Of a stretch of DNA of 64,000 nucleotides, positions 1-11,939 are shown one piece after another. Below the pieces are notes generated by a model. The model worked only from the letters and a program-made list of their open reading frames with translations, was not told the origin of the DNA and searched no databases. A program made the position numbers and the translations under genes. This DNA is from Azolla caroliniana. Taxonomy: Eukaryota; Plantae; Polypodiophyta. The first letter of the stretch is position 1. Each line of letters begins with the position of its first letter. The DNA lies in the NCBI GenBank assembly GCA_043228905.1, contig JBHGNT010000003.1:18724001-18788000 (forward strand), written 5' to 3'.

Positions 1-475
1 TTCATTGGACATTACCTGGGTACTAGTAGTTTTTGGAGGGGCTGGAATGAGAAGACCAAGACCCGAACGTGGTCCGACGTGGTGAAGGGCCTGAAGGTTG
101 AAGAAGAATTGGAGACAACCAATTCAGACAAGAGCTGGAATGAATCAGAGGTAGCCAATTCTAAAGAGGAGTTCAATTTGGAGGAACCGAATCAACAGAA
201 GGCCAAACGAACGAGGTGGCAACGGAAGTCGACACCGACACGGAGGGACCCATGGGTCAAGAAGCGTTGAAGTTACAACAGTGAAGGAGCTGAGAAGGGC
301 CTTGTGACCAGACAAGCCGACCGAGAAGGTCAAGGTGCGCGGGACCGGATGGGTCATGGGAGAACCGGACAAGTCAAGGAGCGCGAGCAAGGCGGGAAAA
401 CGCTAAGAGGAGCCGGAGGAAAGGACCTGGTGGACGCACATAGTGATCCAACCTCAAGTTGAGCTTGAGGGGGAG

Positions 476-939
476 TGTTGAACGGGAAGGCTCAACCGGA
501 TCCGGATCGACTGAATAAGCCAGAGCTGGATCGATATCCAGAATAGAGAACCGGATAGCTACCTGGATCGATGTTCGGATATATTGGTATCCGGAACCTA
601 GAACCAGATTGTACTCCGGAATAGTGAGAACGAGTAGGCCATTGGAGCCTACAGTCCGAGCCTAGTACGTAGGCATATTCCTTGGAGTTAGTGTTAGTCG
701 CTCGTATGAGCATTGAAGTACATGTCAGTACTTTTGTCAGTCCTTTTAAGGACTTGTATAAAAAGTGTTCTATAGGACATTTGTATGTACACAAAGTGTT
801 GTTATTTTGAATTGAGTTTACTGTTATGCTCTATCTATCTCTCCCGTGTATTCAAGCTTTCCATTAAACCTTCGTTCTGTGTTCTGTTGTTATCCGGACC
901 ATTTGGTTTTGTCTTAGCTTCCGCACATCATCTTTTACA
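476..939 (+). mobile_element. 3' LTR of a Ty1/copia element (upstream part runs off the window start)
   Basis: PPT TTGAGGGGGAG ends at 475. TGTTG start at 476 and TTTTACA end at 939. Similar to the interrupted LTR at 61570-62589. Confidence 0.75.
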
Positions 940-1688
940 TATAAGAAATTTTTGGTAAGTTGCACACGTCCCGATATTTGTTTTGCCGTTGGTTTTCTTT
1001 TTCGTTTCATGGTTAATCTAGGACCAAAGCATTGGATCGCGGTCAAGCGATTACTACGATATTTGAAGCATACTCAACATTATGTGTCGACTTACTTGGT
1101 GTAGCCAAGTTGGCCACACGATTTGAGTCAACCACACTTGTGCAATGATGGACAAACCCCTCCAATCAACTAATTGGTTGGTCTCACTCTGACTGGGGGG
1201 GAGATGTGGACAATCGCAAGTCAACAAGTGGTTATGTCTACACACTAGCTAGTGTTGCGATTTCTTGGAAGTCGAAGAAACAAACTACCGTGGCATTGTC
1301 ATCCACGGAAGCTGAATATGTTGTCCCGGCTTTAGCAGCTAAAGAATGCATATGGATTAAATCAATGCTCGAGGAATTTAACTTATTTACTATTCCAACT
1401 GTGACTTTGTTTTGCGATAATCAATCTTGTATCAAGCTAGCCAATGATCCAAAGATGAGCGACAATATACATCATGTGGACTTAAAACATCATTTTCTTC
1501 ACGATCTTATTGAAACAAAGAAGATAGAACTAAACTTTGCTCCCACTCATCAAATGTGGGTTGATTTTCTAACAAAACCTCTTCAACATTCTAAACACAT
1601 TATTTGTTGTAAGCAAGTTGGATTAATTTATGTAATTGAAGACAAAGATAAAAATCTACACTTTTAGATATTTTTGCTTAGGGGGGAG
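940..1688 (+). pseudogene. Ty1/copia RT C-terminus and RNase H fragment, followed by a PPT
   Basis: Translates to [11 protein letters not shown]...[13 protein letters not shown] and SDWGGDVDNRKSTSGY...ALSSTEAEY...CDNQSCI (ORF 1206-1667). PPT GGGGGGAG at 1681-1688. Confidence 0.9.
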
Positions 1689-2034
1689 TGTGGAAAATAA
1701 TAATCGAAAATAAATAAATAAATAAAATTTAGTGTTAGTTAAGAAGATGGAACCAACGATGCAATACATAGGGCATTATGATATAATAGAATCACTCACT
1801 CTCTCTCTCTTAGCGTAATTAGCTTACCCTATTGGTAAGTGGTTACCAACCACAAGTCATTGTGTCTTGGGTTCGAAACCCAATTTTACTCACCTCTCTA
1901 TTATATACTCCATACATATCTCTTAATTCACCCAATTTTCTCACCTCTCTATTATATACTCCATACATATTTCTTAATTCACTAATTTTCTCACCTCTCT
2001 ATTATATACTCCATACATATTTCTTAATTCACTA
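1689..2034 (+). mobile_element. Truncated copia 3' LTR containing a tRNA-like module and a 3x ~50-bp tandem repeat
   Basis: TG start immediately after the PPT. T-arm TTGGG-TTCGAAA-CCCAA at 1867-1883. Repeat AATTTTCTCACCTCTCTATTATATACTCCATACATATTTCTTAATTCAC starts at 1882, 1934 and 1984. Confidence 0.65.
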
Positions 2035-2036
2035 GA

Positions 2037-2104
2037 TGTCACCGTGGAATGTAGGGGTTGAACCCATGACCACTTGGTTTCCATTGGGCAACCTTACCAA
2101 CTGA

Positions 2105-2136
<32 letters not shown>

Positions 2137-2200
2137 CCCCTCCTTTTCCAATACCTATCTCTCCTTTTCTTTCTATCATTCTCTCTTTTCTTTTCCTATA
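2037..2200 (+). mobile_element. LTR 5'-end fragment of chromovirus-like architecture (TGTCA followed by an antisense tRNA-like module)
   Basis: TGTCACCGTGGAATGTAGGGGTTGAACCCATGACC resembles the start of the chromovirus LTR read on the minus strand from 55434 (TGTCATGATATGGCAAGACTCGAACCCATGACC). Confidence 0.5.
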
Positions 2201-2201
2201 G

Positions 2202-2565
2202 TCTTGACAGCCAAAAGTCGACATCCGGATACCTCTTCCAATTCAAGCATGGAGCCATCTTATGGAGGTCGAAACTTCAGGAGTGTACGGCTATGTCTAC
2301 GACTGAAGCCGAATATGTAGCTGCATCCGATGTGGCTAAAGAAGCACTTTGTCTCGGTCGACTAGCTTGCATGTTTTGGCAAAGTGACCCGAATCGAGCT
2401 CCAATCGTGTTTTGCGACAATGAAGGATCTGTTGCAGTAACGATAAATCCGGTACATGGCAATGCCTCGAAGCACATTGAAGGTTGATACCACTTTGTTG
2501 AGGATTGTGTGACTAAGGGAAAGCTCGATTTGGAGAAGTTCTCCACGATTGATAATGTCGCGGGT
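2202..2565 (+). pseudogene. Ty1/copia RNase H fragment
   Basis: DSQKSTSGYLFQFKHGAILWRSKLQECTAMSTTEAEYVAAS...CDNEG...SKHIE. Same family as 44729-45709. Confidence 0.9.
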
Positions 2566-2582
2566 AGGTCAATCTTTTTTAC

Positions 2583-3240
2583 TCTCTTATACCAGATGTT
2601 GGAAGCACGACCATCAGTGGAGAACAAAACCAGCACCCTGTAAGGTGAAGATCTTCAAGTTGATGGTTACCAAAGTCAGCATGAATAGATTAACAAGAAT
2701 ATAAAGGCAACTGTAGTAGAAACAAGATCAAGATAGAGCAAAATAGGCAAAGACACACATAGAGGCACAAAGTAGTGTAACTATATTATTCAAGAAGTTA
2801 CAATATCGTATAACAACTCTCAACATCATTTTGGACTAGGTTACAAGTTCAGTTTATATATGAACTGAACTAGGGCAACTGCCCTTTACAATATTTTCAT
2901 ATATGGCCTAAACCTAGTTTGTCCAATGGGGCAGTGTGAATACGTCTATTATAAGCTTGTATTCAACACTCCCCCGTAATGGGCGTATACAACAAAAATC
3001 TGTAATTAAAAGAATGAGCAAAAATACAATTTATACAAATGGTTGTCGAACAAGTCGGCTTGTGGCCGAATTGACAATGGTCGAAAAACAGAAGCTAGAT
3101 CGGCTCTGTCAATTGTCAAAAATCGAATTCCAAAAGTGTCGAAGCCGATCGTCCAAAATCATCCTTAGTATCCGGCTTAATTAGACTAATTTTTCCTAAC
3201 ACCCATCTGGTGCCCAAGAGACCGGAATCGGTCTACTAGA
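2583..3240 (-). mobile_element. Inverted copia segment: RNase H end, 3' UTR, PPT, LTR (2597-2968) and a degenerate Met PBS
   Basis: Minus strand reads DRFRSLGHQMGV at about 3235-3200. PPT CGGGGGAG at 2976-2969. LTR TGTTG...CAACA at 2597-2968. TGGTATAAGAGA at 2594-2583 resembles the tRNA-Met PBS TGGTATCAGAGC. Confidence 0.75.
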
Positions 3241-3805
3241 GTGCGACAATTGCCTACTAGTGCAACAAGAAGTAGTCAATAGTGACACTGTTAAGAACCG
3301 AGGCCGAGTATCGAGGATCGGTTGTCGCGACATGCGAAGCCATATGGCTCAAGCAGCTAATGAAGGATCTGCGAGTGAAGGTGTTAGATCCGACAGTGAT
3401 CTACTGTGACAACCTCAACAGTATCCAATTTGCGAAGAACCCCGTCTTCCACTCTCAGACCAAACACATAGAAGTGCATTACCACTTCATGTACAAGCGT
3501 GTTCTCTGCGGTGTAATGGAACTTGTGTATGTTTCGATTGATCGGCAAATGGCTGATATCTTCACCAAACCTCTTGGCTTGGACAAGTTGCGACATTTTT
3601 CGAGCATGCCGAACTTGTAGGGAAGAAGCAAAAGCAGAATCAAGGATGGATCGGACGAGAGGACAAGTGGAAGAAGAACGAGTAAGTGTAGACTATCCAC
3701 TTGTAGGGGAGGCGGCCGAAAGAGAGAGCCGAGGCTATAGGCAACTGAATGAGGGGGAGGCAGAGCCGAGAGAGGCAAGGCCAAGAATGGCAGAGCCATG
3801 GAGAA
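3241..3805 (+). pseudogene. Ty1/copia RNase H fragment and 3' UTR (host of the 3806-8847 insertion)
   Basis: TEAEYRG...IYCDN...NPVFHSQTKHIEVHYHF...ADIFTKPL (ORF 3282-3620). Confidence 0.85.
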
Positions 3806-4360
3806 TGTTGAGAATCAAGCTCAACTTGGTCTAGTGTGTGAACTCACCTTGAGAGTGAAGAGACACTCCAACGGTCAAGAGTCACCATTATGTCACCACT
3901 TTGTATTCTAGCATTTAGTATGAGTCATAGAATCATATTCTATGACACATAACTTATGAGCTTTCACATTCCCCATGCTCCATGAGCCTTGTAGTTAATG
4001 AAGAGAGAGGGTGACTACATAAAGCACCCTCCTCCCACCTTGTATAATGTTGAGTCTTTCTCCTTTGTTAATATACTTTTAACTTTGCGTATACTCTGTC
4101 TCTCTCTTTCTCAGTCTCTCTCTCTATCTATCTATCTATCTCACACACACACAGTTCACACCTATTCCGCTTCACAAGAATCCATCTCTTGATTCTTTAC
4201 ATGGTATCAGAGTGATTTGGTAGCTCAATCTAGCCCATTCGCCTCATCGTGATCGTCTGTTGTGCTCCACGCCGACGACCAAGAACCGGCTCATCGTTAT
4301 TGTAGCTTCGTTACATAGCTCGCATTCGAAGAGAGAAGAAGAAGAAGAAGAATCGACATA

Positions 4361-7300
4361 ATGAATACTCAAATGGGGAGCGCTCTCCCTACTGAGAAGT
4401 TGGATCGAAACAACTTCGCATCTTGGGAGTACAAGATGCACCAATACCTTGTTGGACAAGGCTATTGGAGCTACATCAAAGGAGCGCATGAAGACCGACC
4501 CGCCGAAGCGGCTCCCGGATACGCAACATGGGAGTAAGCCGCAAGCCGCGTGATGTATTGTTTGGCGACATGTGTTCACGACCACATGCTCGGTTACATT
4601 CGAGAAGCCAAGACGCCGAAGGAAGCGTGGGAAAACCTACGAAAGATTTTTGCCGCCAACACAACCGCGAGGAAGCTTCAACTCTGCCAAGAGTTGAACA
4701 ACATTCAACAAAGGGATATGTCCATCACGACATACACCTTGAAGATCAAGGAGCTTTGCGACTCGCTCGGCTCAATAAGCGTAAGTATAGATGATGATGA
4801 GATGGTGCAAATATGCCTCGGCAGCCTCGCACCACGATTCGGCGCGATGCGAACCGCCGTTCTAGCACGGGAGAAATCTCCCTCCTTCCTCGAGCTCCAA
4901 TCAATGCTACCTCAACTAGTGCCTCAATCTGGAGGACGTATGGTTTGTTGACTCCAGAGCCTCAAACCATATGACATCCCACAAAGAATGGTTTCTCGAA
5001 CTTCGAGAGCTGGAGCGACCCGGTTATGTCGAAACCGGAGATGACACTACGCACCCGATTCGGCACATCGGCAATGTTCCGTTCGGCGAAAGAGGTAAGC
5101 AAACATACATTAAAAATGTCTTGCATGTACCCACCATCACAAAGAATTTGGTCTCAGTTGGCCAAATGGTTGAGCAAGGGATGCAAGTACGATTCGACCA
5201 AGAAGGGTGCTTCATCAAAAAAGAAGGTTGAATCATCGCACACGGAAGAAGAGAGGGTCGGATGTTCATTCTCGATTCGCACGAGATGAAATCCTCCATG
5301 TTCGCAAAAAGCACGAAAGCCGACTCCGACATAGAGCTATGGCATAAGTGAATCGGCCACATCAATCTCAACAAACTCAAAGCAATGAAATCGAAAGGAG
5401 TCGTCATCGGACTCCCGACATTCAAAGAGAAGGAGATTGAAGGTGTATGCGAAGCGTGCCAATTCGGCAAGCAACACCGACACCCATTTCCGAAGGAGCA
5501 GAATGTGAGCAAAGGCGTACTTGACGTAATTCATTCCGATGTATGGGGTCCGGCTCAAACGGTGACATTCGGCGGATGCCGATATTACGTGCTCTTCATC
5601 GACGACTTTTCTAGGCACACTTGGATCTACCCGATGCGGCAAAAGAGCGAAGTGTTCGAACACTTCCAAAATTTCAAGAATGAAGTCGAGAAAGCCACGG
5701 GCCGACATGTACGATGCCTTCGATCGGATGGCGGCAAGGAGTACTTCTCGGACGATTTCACGACGTATCTCCGAAAGGAAGGAATTCGGCGAGAATTCAC
5801 TTGCCGACACACTCCCCAACAAAAAGGAGTAGCCGAGCGCAAAAATCGGCACTTCCTTGAAGTAGCGCGGGCCATGATGAACGAGAAGCATATGCCCAAG
5901 TCATATTGGGCCGAAGCGGCAAATACGACCATCTACCTAATGAACCGGTGCACAACATCCGGCGTGCACAAGGTCACTCCGCACGAAAGATTCTTCGAAA
6001 AGAAGCCGAACCTATCACATGTTCGGATATTCGGCTCCATTGCGTACGTGCACATCCCCGACGAGAAGCGTCAAAAGCTCGACCCGAAGTCGGAGAAATG
6101 TATCCTCATAGGATACTCACTGGAGCAAAAGGGGTACAAGTGCTACAACCCCTCAACTCGAAAATCTCGGGTAAGTTGAGACATTGTCTTTGACGAGTCC
6201 TCATCCTGGTACGCACTAGAGACAACTTCGACTCCGACCTCGCTCGACCCGGAATCCACCGAACAAGAGATAGAGGATGAAGATCACCTTACGCGCATGT
6301 TCTAAGAAAGTCCGATCACGACCCGACTGAGCGGACCACAAGAGCCTTTGAGCGATCAAAGCACATCACGGCCTAGCCCGAAGATGGACAAAGGCAAGGC
6401 GAAAATGGCAGAATATGAAGACGATCGCTTCGACGACGATGAATCGACTCACTCACTCGACAGTGAGTTCGGCGGTTTCGAGGTACCAATCAGAGCTAAG
6501 AAAGCCCTCATCTCTGCAAATGAAAAACTCCGCCGATCCACTCGTGAAAAGAACCCCCTAAGCCGATTCAGCTACAACGATTATATGGCGTACCATTACG
6601 CCTTTAGGATGAAGGTGGCGATAGTACGGGAGCCGGAAACCTTTTCGGAAGCCACGAAGGACCCGCGATGGATCGAAGCAATGAACGAAGAGATGCAGGC
6701 ACTACGGAAGAACAAGACGTGGGATCTCATTCCCACCTCACCACACAAAAAGGTGATCGGATGCAGATGGATATACAAGGTGAAGTATAACGTCGATGGC
6801 TCCGTAAACCGCTACAAAGCTCGTCTCGTAGCGAAAGGATACGCTCAGACGCATGGCGTCAACTACGAAGAGACCTTTGCCCTAGTGGCAAAGATGACAA
6901 CGGTGCGGACCGTAATTGCGATTGCCGCGGCGAAAGGGTGGGATCTCCATCAAATGGACATCAAGAACGCCTTTCTACAAGGTGAATTAGAAGAGGAGGT
7001 GTACATGATACAACCACCCGGCTTCAACTCGAGCACCCATCCGAAAGCTGTTTGCCGACTCAAGAAGCCTCTCTACGGCCTCAAGCAAGCACCGCGTGCT
7101 TGGCATTCGAAGATAACGCAATATCTTCATCAAATCGGCTTCCGTATGTCAAAATTGGACAACTCCCTCTACATACGAAGCGATTCCGCAAGTCTGATCG
7201 TCATCATTTTATATGTGGAGGACCTAGTCATTGGAGGTGAGCATATTGTCGAAATCAATAAGGTCAAATCCCTTCTTTCCGACAAGTTCGAGATGACGGA

Positions 7301-8198
7301 CATGAAGGAGCTTCACTACTTCCTCGGCATCGAGGTAATTCGGACTCCGGTCGGAATCATGATCTCTCAACGGCACTACATCCTCAACTTACTATATAAG
7401 TTCGGGATGGCTGAGTCCAAATCCGTGGCAACCCCGCTCGATCGCAACCTCAAACTAGATGCGAACTCCGGCACCAAAGCGTGTGAGCCGACTCAGTATC
7501 GGCAACTCATCGGGAGTCTCATCTACCTCACGATCACACGACCCGATCTCAAGTATCCGGTCGGTCTCCTCAGCCAATTCATGCAAACAACGCGTGATAC
7601 TCACTTGGATTGCACTGAGCGAGTTCTGCGATACGTGAGCGGCACAATGGATTGCGGCATCCTCTACAAGACCGCGATGCCAATACGACTCCTGGGGTAC
7701 ACAGACGCCGATTGGGCCGGCTACAAAGCTGATAGAAGATCAACCTCCATGTTTGTTTTCTCCCTCGGTAGCGAATCAATATCCTAGAGTAGCAAGAAGC
7801 AACCTATCGTCGCTCTTTCGAGTACGGAAGCGGAATATAGGGGCGCAGCCGTAGCTGCATGTGAAGCCATATGGCTCAAGAGGATTTTGAAGGATCTGGT
7901 CGTACCCATCAAGGATCTGACTTCCCTTTACTGCGACAACATGAGCAGTATCTATCTGGCTCGGAACCCGGTGTTCCACACGCGGACAAAGCACATCGAA
8001 GTGCACTATCACTTCATCCGAGAGCGCGTTCTGGCTGGCGATGTCAACCTACAACACATTAACACCAATCTTCAAACGGCCGACATCTTCACTAAAGCCT
8101 TAGGAGCCGACAAGCTATGGCAATTCATGACCGATCTCGGATTGACGATCCTTGACCTGCCAAGCTTGAGGGGGAGTACTGAAGACACTGCGCAATAA
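4361..8198 (+). pseudogene. Copia gag-pol polyprotein with several premature stops and a deletion between gag and protease
   Basis: Gag MNTQMGSALPTEKLDRNNFASW. Protease WFVDSRASNHMT. Integrase CEAC...HSDVWGP...RSDGGKEY. RT YKARLVAKG...QMDIKNAFL...LYGLKQAPR...YVED. RNase H YTDADWAG...CDNMSSI. In-frame stops at about 4535, 5229, 5348, 6177, 6303 and 7785. Confidence 0.95.
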
Positions 8199-8269
8199 TG
8201 CGTGGATTCTGCAACCACGCAACGAAGCAACGAAGAGCCGATCTACCGTGCAAAGCCGTGAAGAAAGAC

Positions 8270-8385
8270 GCAAGCCGAACCACAGACTTCGCAACTACGC
8301 ACGCAAGCCGAAGCACAGACTTCGTAACTACGCATAACGCAAGCTGGAGCACGGATTCCGCAACTCCGCATAAAGCGAGCCGACG
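8270..8385 (+). repeat. Three to four degenerate 33-36 bp tandem repeats in the copia 3' UTR
   Basis: GCAAGCCGAACCACAGACTTCGCAACTACGCAC-type units. Confidence 0.8.
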
Positions 8386-8922
8386 CGGACTCCGGAACGT
8401 GAGTTGAAGCGGATTTCGAATATCGTTTGAAACTGACCTGACTTGAGCTTGAGGGGGTGTGTTGAGAATCAAGCTCAACTTGGTCTAGTGTGTGAACTCA
8501 CCTTGAGAGTGAAGAGACACTCCAACGGTCAAGCGTCACCATTATGTCACCACTTTGTATTCTAGCATTTAGTATGAGTCATAGAATCATATTCTATAAC
8601 ACATAACTTATGAGCTTTCACATTCCCCATGCTCCATGAGCCTTGTAGTTAATGAAGAGAGAGGGTGATTACATAAAGCACCCTCCTCCCACCTTGTATA
8701 ATGTTGAGTCTTTCTCCTTTGTTAATATACTTTTAACTTTGCGTATACTCTGTGTGTGTGTGTGTCTCTCTCTCTCTCTCTCTATCTCACACACACACAG
8801 TTCACACCTATTCCACTTCACAAGAATCCATCTCTTGATTCTTTACAGAGAAGAAGGCTAGGACTTGGGCTAAGATAGCCAGGGGGAGGCGATAGGTCGA
8901 TAGGTGAGATGACAGCCGACCA

Positions 8923-9283
8923 CACGACCATTAGTGGAGAACAAAAACAACACCCTATAAGGTGAAGATCTTCAAGTTGATGGTTACCAAAGTTAGCATG
9001 AACAGATTGACAAAAATATAAAGGCAATTATAACAAAAACACGATCAAGATAGAGCAAAAGTGGCAAAGACACACAGAAAGGCACAAAGTAGTGTAACTA
9101 TGTATTCAAGAAGTTACGATATGGCACAACAACTATCAACATCATTTTGGACTAGGTTACAAGTTCAGTTTATATATGAACTGAACTAGGGCAACTACCC
9201 TTTACAATATTTACATATATGGCATAAACCTAGTATGTCCAATGGGACAATGTGATACGTCCATTATAAGCCCATATTCAACA
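8923..9283 (-). mobile_element. Truncated or solo copia LTR, same family as 2597-2968
   Basis: High similarity to 2610-2968 (GTGGAGAACAAAA...TAAGGTGAAGATCTTCAAGTTGATGGTTACC...TATTCAACA). The left terminal TGTTGG is missing. Confidence 0.85.
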
Positions 9284-11116
9284 ACAAGACCCCCCATGGT
9301 CTCGCTCAAGTAGTACACACATGCACGTTTATGCGACAATGTTACTCAAATGATCTATTATCACATCAAATCGCTTGGGTAATAGCCTTTGCTATTGATT
9401 ATGGATTTTCATGGAAGGTTAAAAGTAAATCCTTCACGCATCATTACCTAGCCCATAAATAAATCGATCCATTAGGACCTCTTTATCCCTAGGAATGTTA
9501 GGAGCAAGGAGGAGAAAATCTTACACATAAGTCGAGGTAGTGCGATCTCTTTGTCTCAAATTTTGAATCTTATAACCGTCTTCAGTATATGTAATTGTTA
9601 GAGAAGGTGCCAAAACTAACATAGATGTTTGATACTTGACGTAGTCTTATCCTTAAGAAATGATGCAAGCTTGATGGTTGTTATAGAGGTCAAGACTTTT
9701 TATATATATACATATATTGAGGCAACTCATTCTATTGAACTATTTTAGTGAAATGATAGTCTTGAGTTGTCTAGGCACACATATCATGTTCCTCCTTGCC
9801 TATGGCTATCTCAAACTTGATTTTGGTTCATATATAAGATCATTTGGGTATATTCTCATATTTTCCACACATTTTTCTTATGGCCTTGTAAGTTCAGGAT
9901 GCTCGCTTAAAAGGCTAAGGTTACACATAACTATTGTAGAAAAACATCGAATCCCCCTAATGGTGATCGTAATGCTTGATGTTATACAACAAACGGTAGA
10001 CCATCATGACTCTTCCTTGCAAGTTACATAATTTTGGATGATTTTCCAAAGTGTACTTTAACAAACAAAGTCTACATTTGAGGCTCCGGCCCCACAAAGC
10101 TCTATAAAAGCCATATGCTTGCCTTTCATTCTCAACTTGAATGCCCTCTCCCTCCTTGACGTGTCTATTTGTACCCAAATCATAATGAGGCTTGGCAAAG
10201 AATCGCAGCCACAGACGATGCATGGTGCATTTCTAAGGGTGCGTGTGATATGCATTGTTAGATCTTTATCCAAAAAAGTTGCACCTTTAAACAATCTTAT
10301 TTTTGGGATCCCGAGTAGCTTGACCGTTTGAATCTCAGTTGCTCGGCTTGACACTCTGTAGTTGCCCAACTCAAAGACAAGAGCCCAACTCATAAAGGGA
10401 GCTCAACTCTTGGGGGAGTCCAGCTCAAAGGAGCTTGGCTAATTGGGGGAGCTCGGCTTATAATTGTAGTAGACTAAAACCATGTGTCTGTCATTTTTCA
10501 CACATTTTTTAAACGACCAGAGTTTTAGATTTAGGACGGAAGATGCCATCACCACCGGCACTTGCCAACCACTTGAACTTGCATCTACATCGCCCACCGC
10601 CTGTTGAGTTGGGAGGTATACATATTTGATTGGTTTCTACTTTTGTTTGCTACTTGAAAATAGTTTTGTGAAGGTACTTGAGTGTTGGAAATGGATGGTT
10701 AAAATGTTCTTGAAAATGGTATTAGGGTTTAAATCCCTCTTGGATGCATGCATTCGATGATTTCTGAATATGCCCACATGTTCCATTTTGAAAACTTGCA
10801 TGATTTCTGAATATATCAACATTGAGGTATTCTGAATATACTAGCATTTTGAATATGCCGTTATGAATATACCTAAGCTCTCGTGAAGACGATGAAGAAG
10901 AAATTGGTGGCTGAAATTTAAATGCTTCGGTGAAATCTAAGATTTTAAATGCTTCGGTGAAATATGAGACGGAACCTGCATCTTCTTCCCAGTGTATTTG
11001 AGTTTGGAATGATCTCTTACTTTTGTTTTACACTGGGAAGAATATTTGCACGTGTTTTAATTTTAATGGTGGAAGTTTTATATATTTAGAACTTGAAGAT
11101 TTTGATGCCAGGCTCA

Positions 11117-11729
11117 GAGCTGGGTTCCTACCCTGACTTGGTCGGGCTATAGATTTGAGTTGGGCTCCGACTTTGAGTTGGCTGGGCTCCTATCCTGAGC
11201 CGGTCAGGTAGGGTAGGCTACTGCAATCAGAGAGAGCCGGGTTATTGGTGACACAGGATGTCAGAGTGAGGCTATAAAAAACTCACGTGCTTTTTTAGAT
11301 AAAGATCTGACGGTGCAAATCACATGCGCCCTCGGGAGTCGGCTATGCGCCCTGCCCTGCATAGCTGCAACAGGGCAAGCCGCGATTCCCTCGTCAAGCC
11401 TCTTGGGTGAAAATAGACAGGAGCTGGGTTCCTACCCTGACTTGGTCGGGCTATAGATTTGAGTTGGGCTCCGACTTTGAGTCGGCTGGGCTCCTGTCCT
11501 GAGCCGGTCAGGCAAGCTAGGCTACTGCAATCAGAGAGAGCCGGGTTATTGGTGACACAGGATGTCAGAGTGAGGCTATCGAAAACTCACGTGCTTTTTT
11601 AGATAAAGATCTGACGGTGCAGATCGCATGCACCCTCGGGAGTCGGCTATGCGCCCTGCCCTGCATAGCTGCAACAGGGCAAGCCGTGATTCCCTCGTCA
11701 AGCCTCTTGGGTGAAAATAGACAGGAGCT
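11117..11729. repeat. 304-bp direct tandem duplication upstream of the aspartic protease gene
   Basis: Copies at 11117-11420 and 11421-11724 differ by only a few substitutions. GAGCT occurs at all three junctions. Each copy carries a CACGTG G-box. Confidence 0.95.
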
Positions 11730-11939
11730 TCCCTCCCCCCCCCTCTCTCTCTCTCAATAAAAGCATCCTCTCTCTAGAAAAGCATACTCTGTCTAGAAAT
11801 GCCCACCTAAACATAAACATGCTCCCTCCCTCTCTCTTTGACTGAAAGAGGCTCCAATTGAATCTCTCAAGCAAGCATGTGAACCATCATCACATCACAG
11901 TAGCCATGGCCAGATTTCTCGACCTTTAACAAGAAACCC

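Larger units (their letters stand above)
3806..8847 (+). mobile_element. Full-length defective Ty1/copia LTR retrotransposon
   Basis: LTRs at 3806-4201 and 8460-8847 (TG...CA, nearly identical). 5-bp TSD GAGAA at 3801-3805 and 8848-8852. Met PBS TGGTATCAGAG at 4202-4212. PPT TTGAGGGGGTG lies before 8460. Domain order gag-PR-INT-RT-RH. Confidence 0.97.

Noticed and set aside
9300-10330. Possible degenerate copia gag/protease on the minus strand (DLGTNRHV)
   Set aside because: A single weak motif, too decayed to support a call.
10330-11250. Possible TIR element from GAGCCCAACTC (about 10381) versus GAGTTGGGCTC (about 11156)
   Set aside because: Only short inverted matches. No definable termini or TSD.
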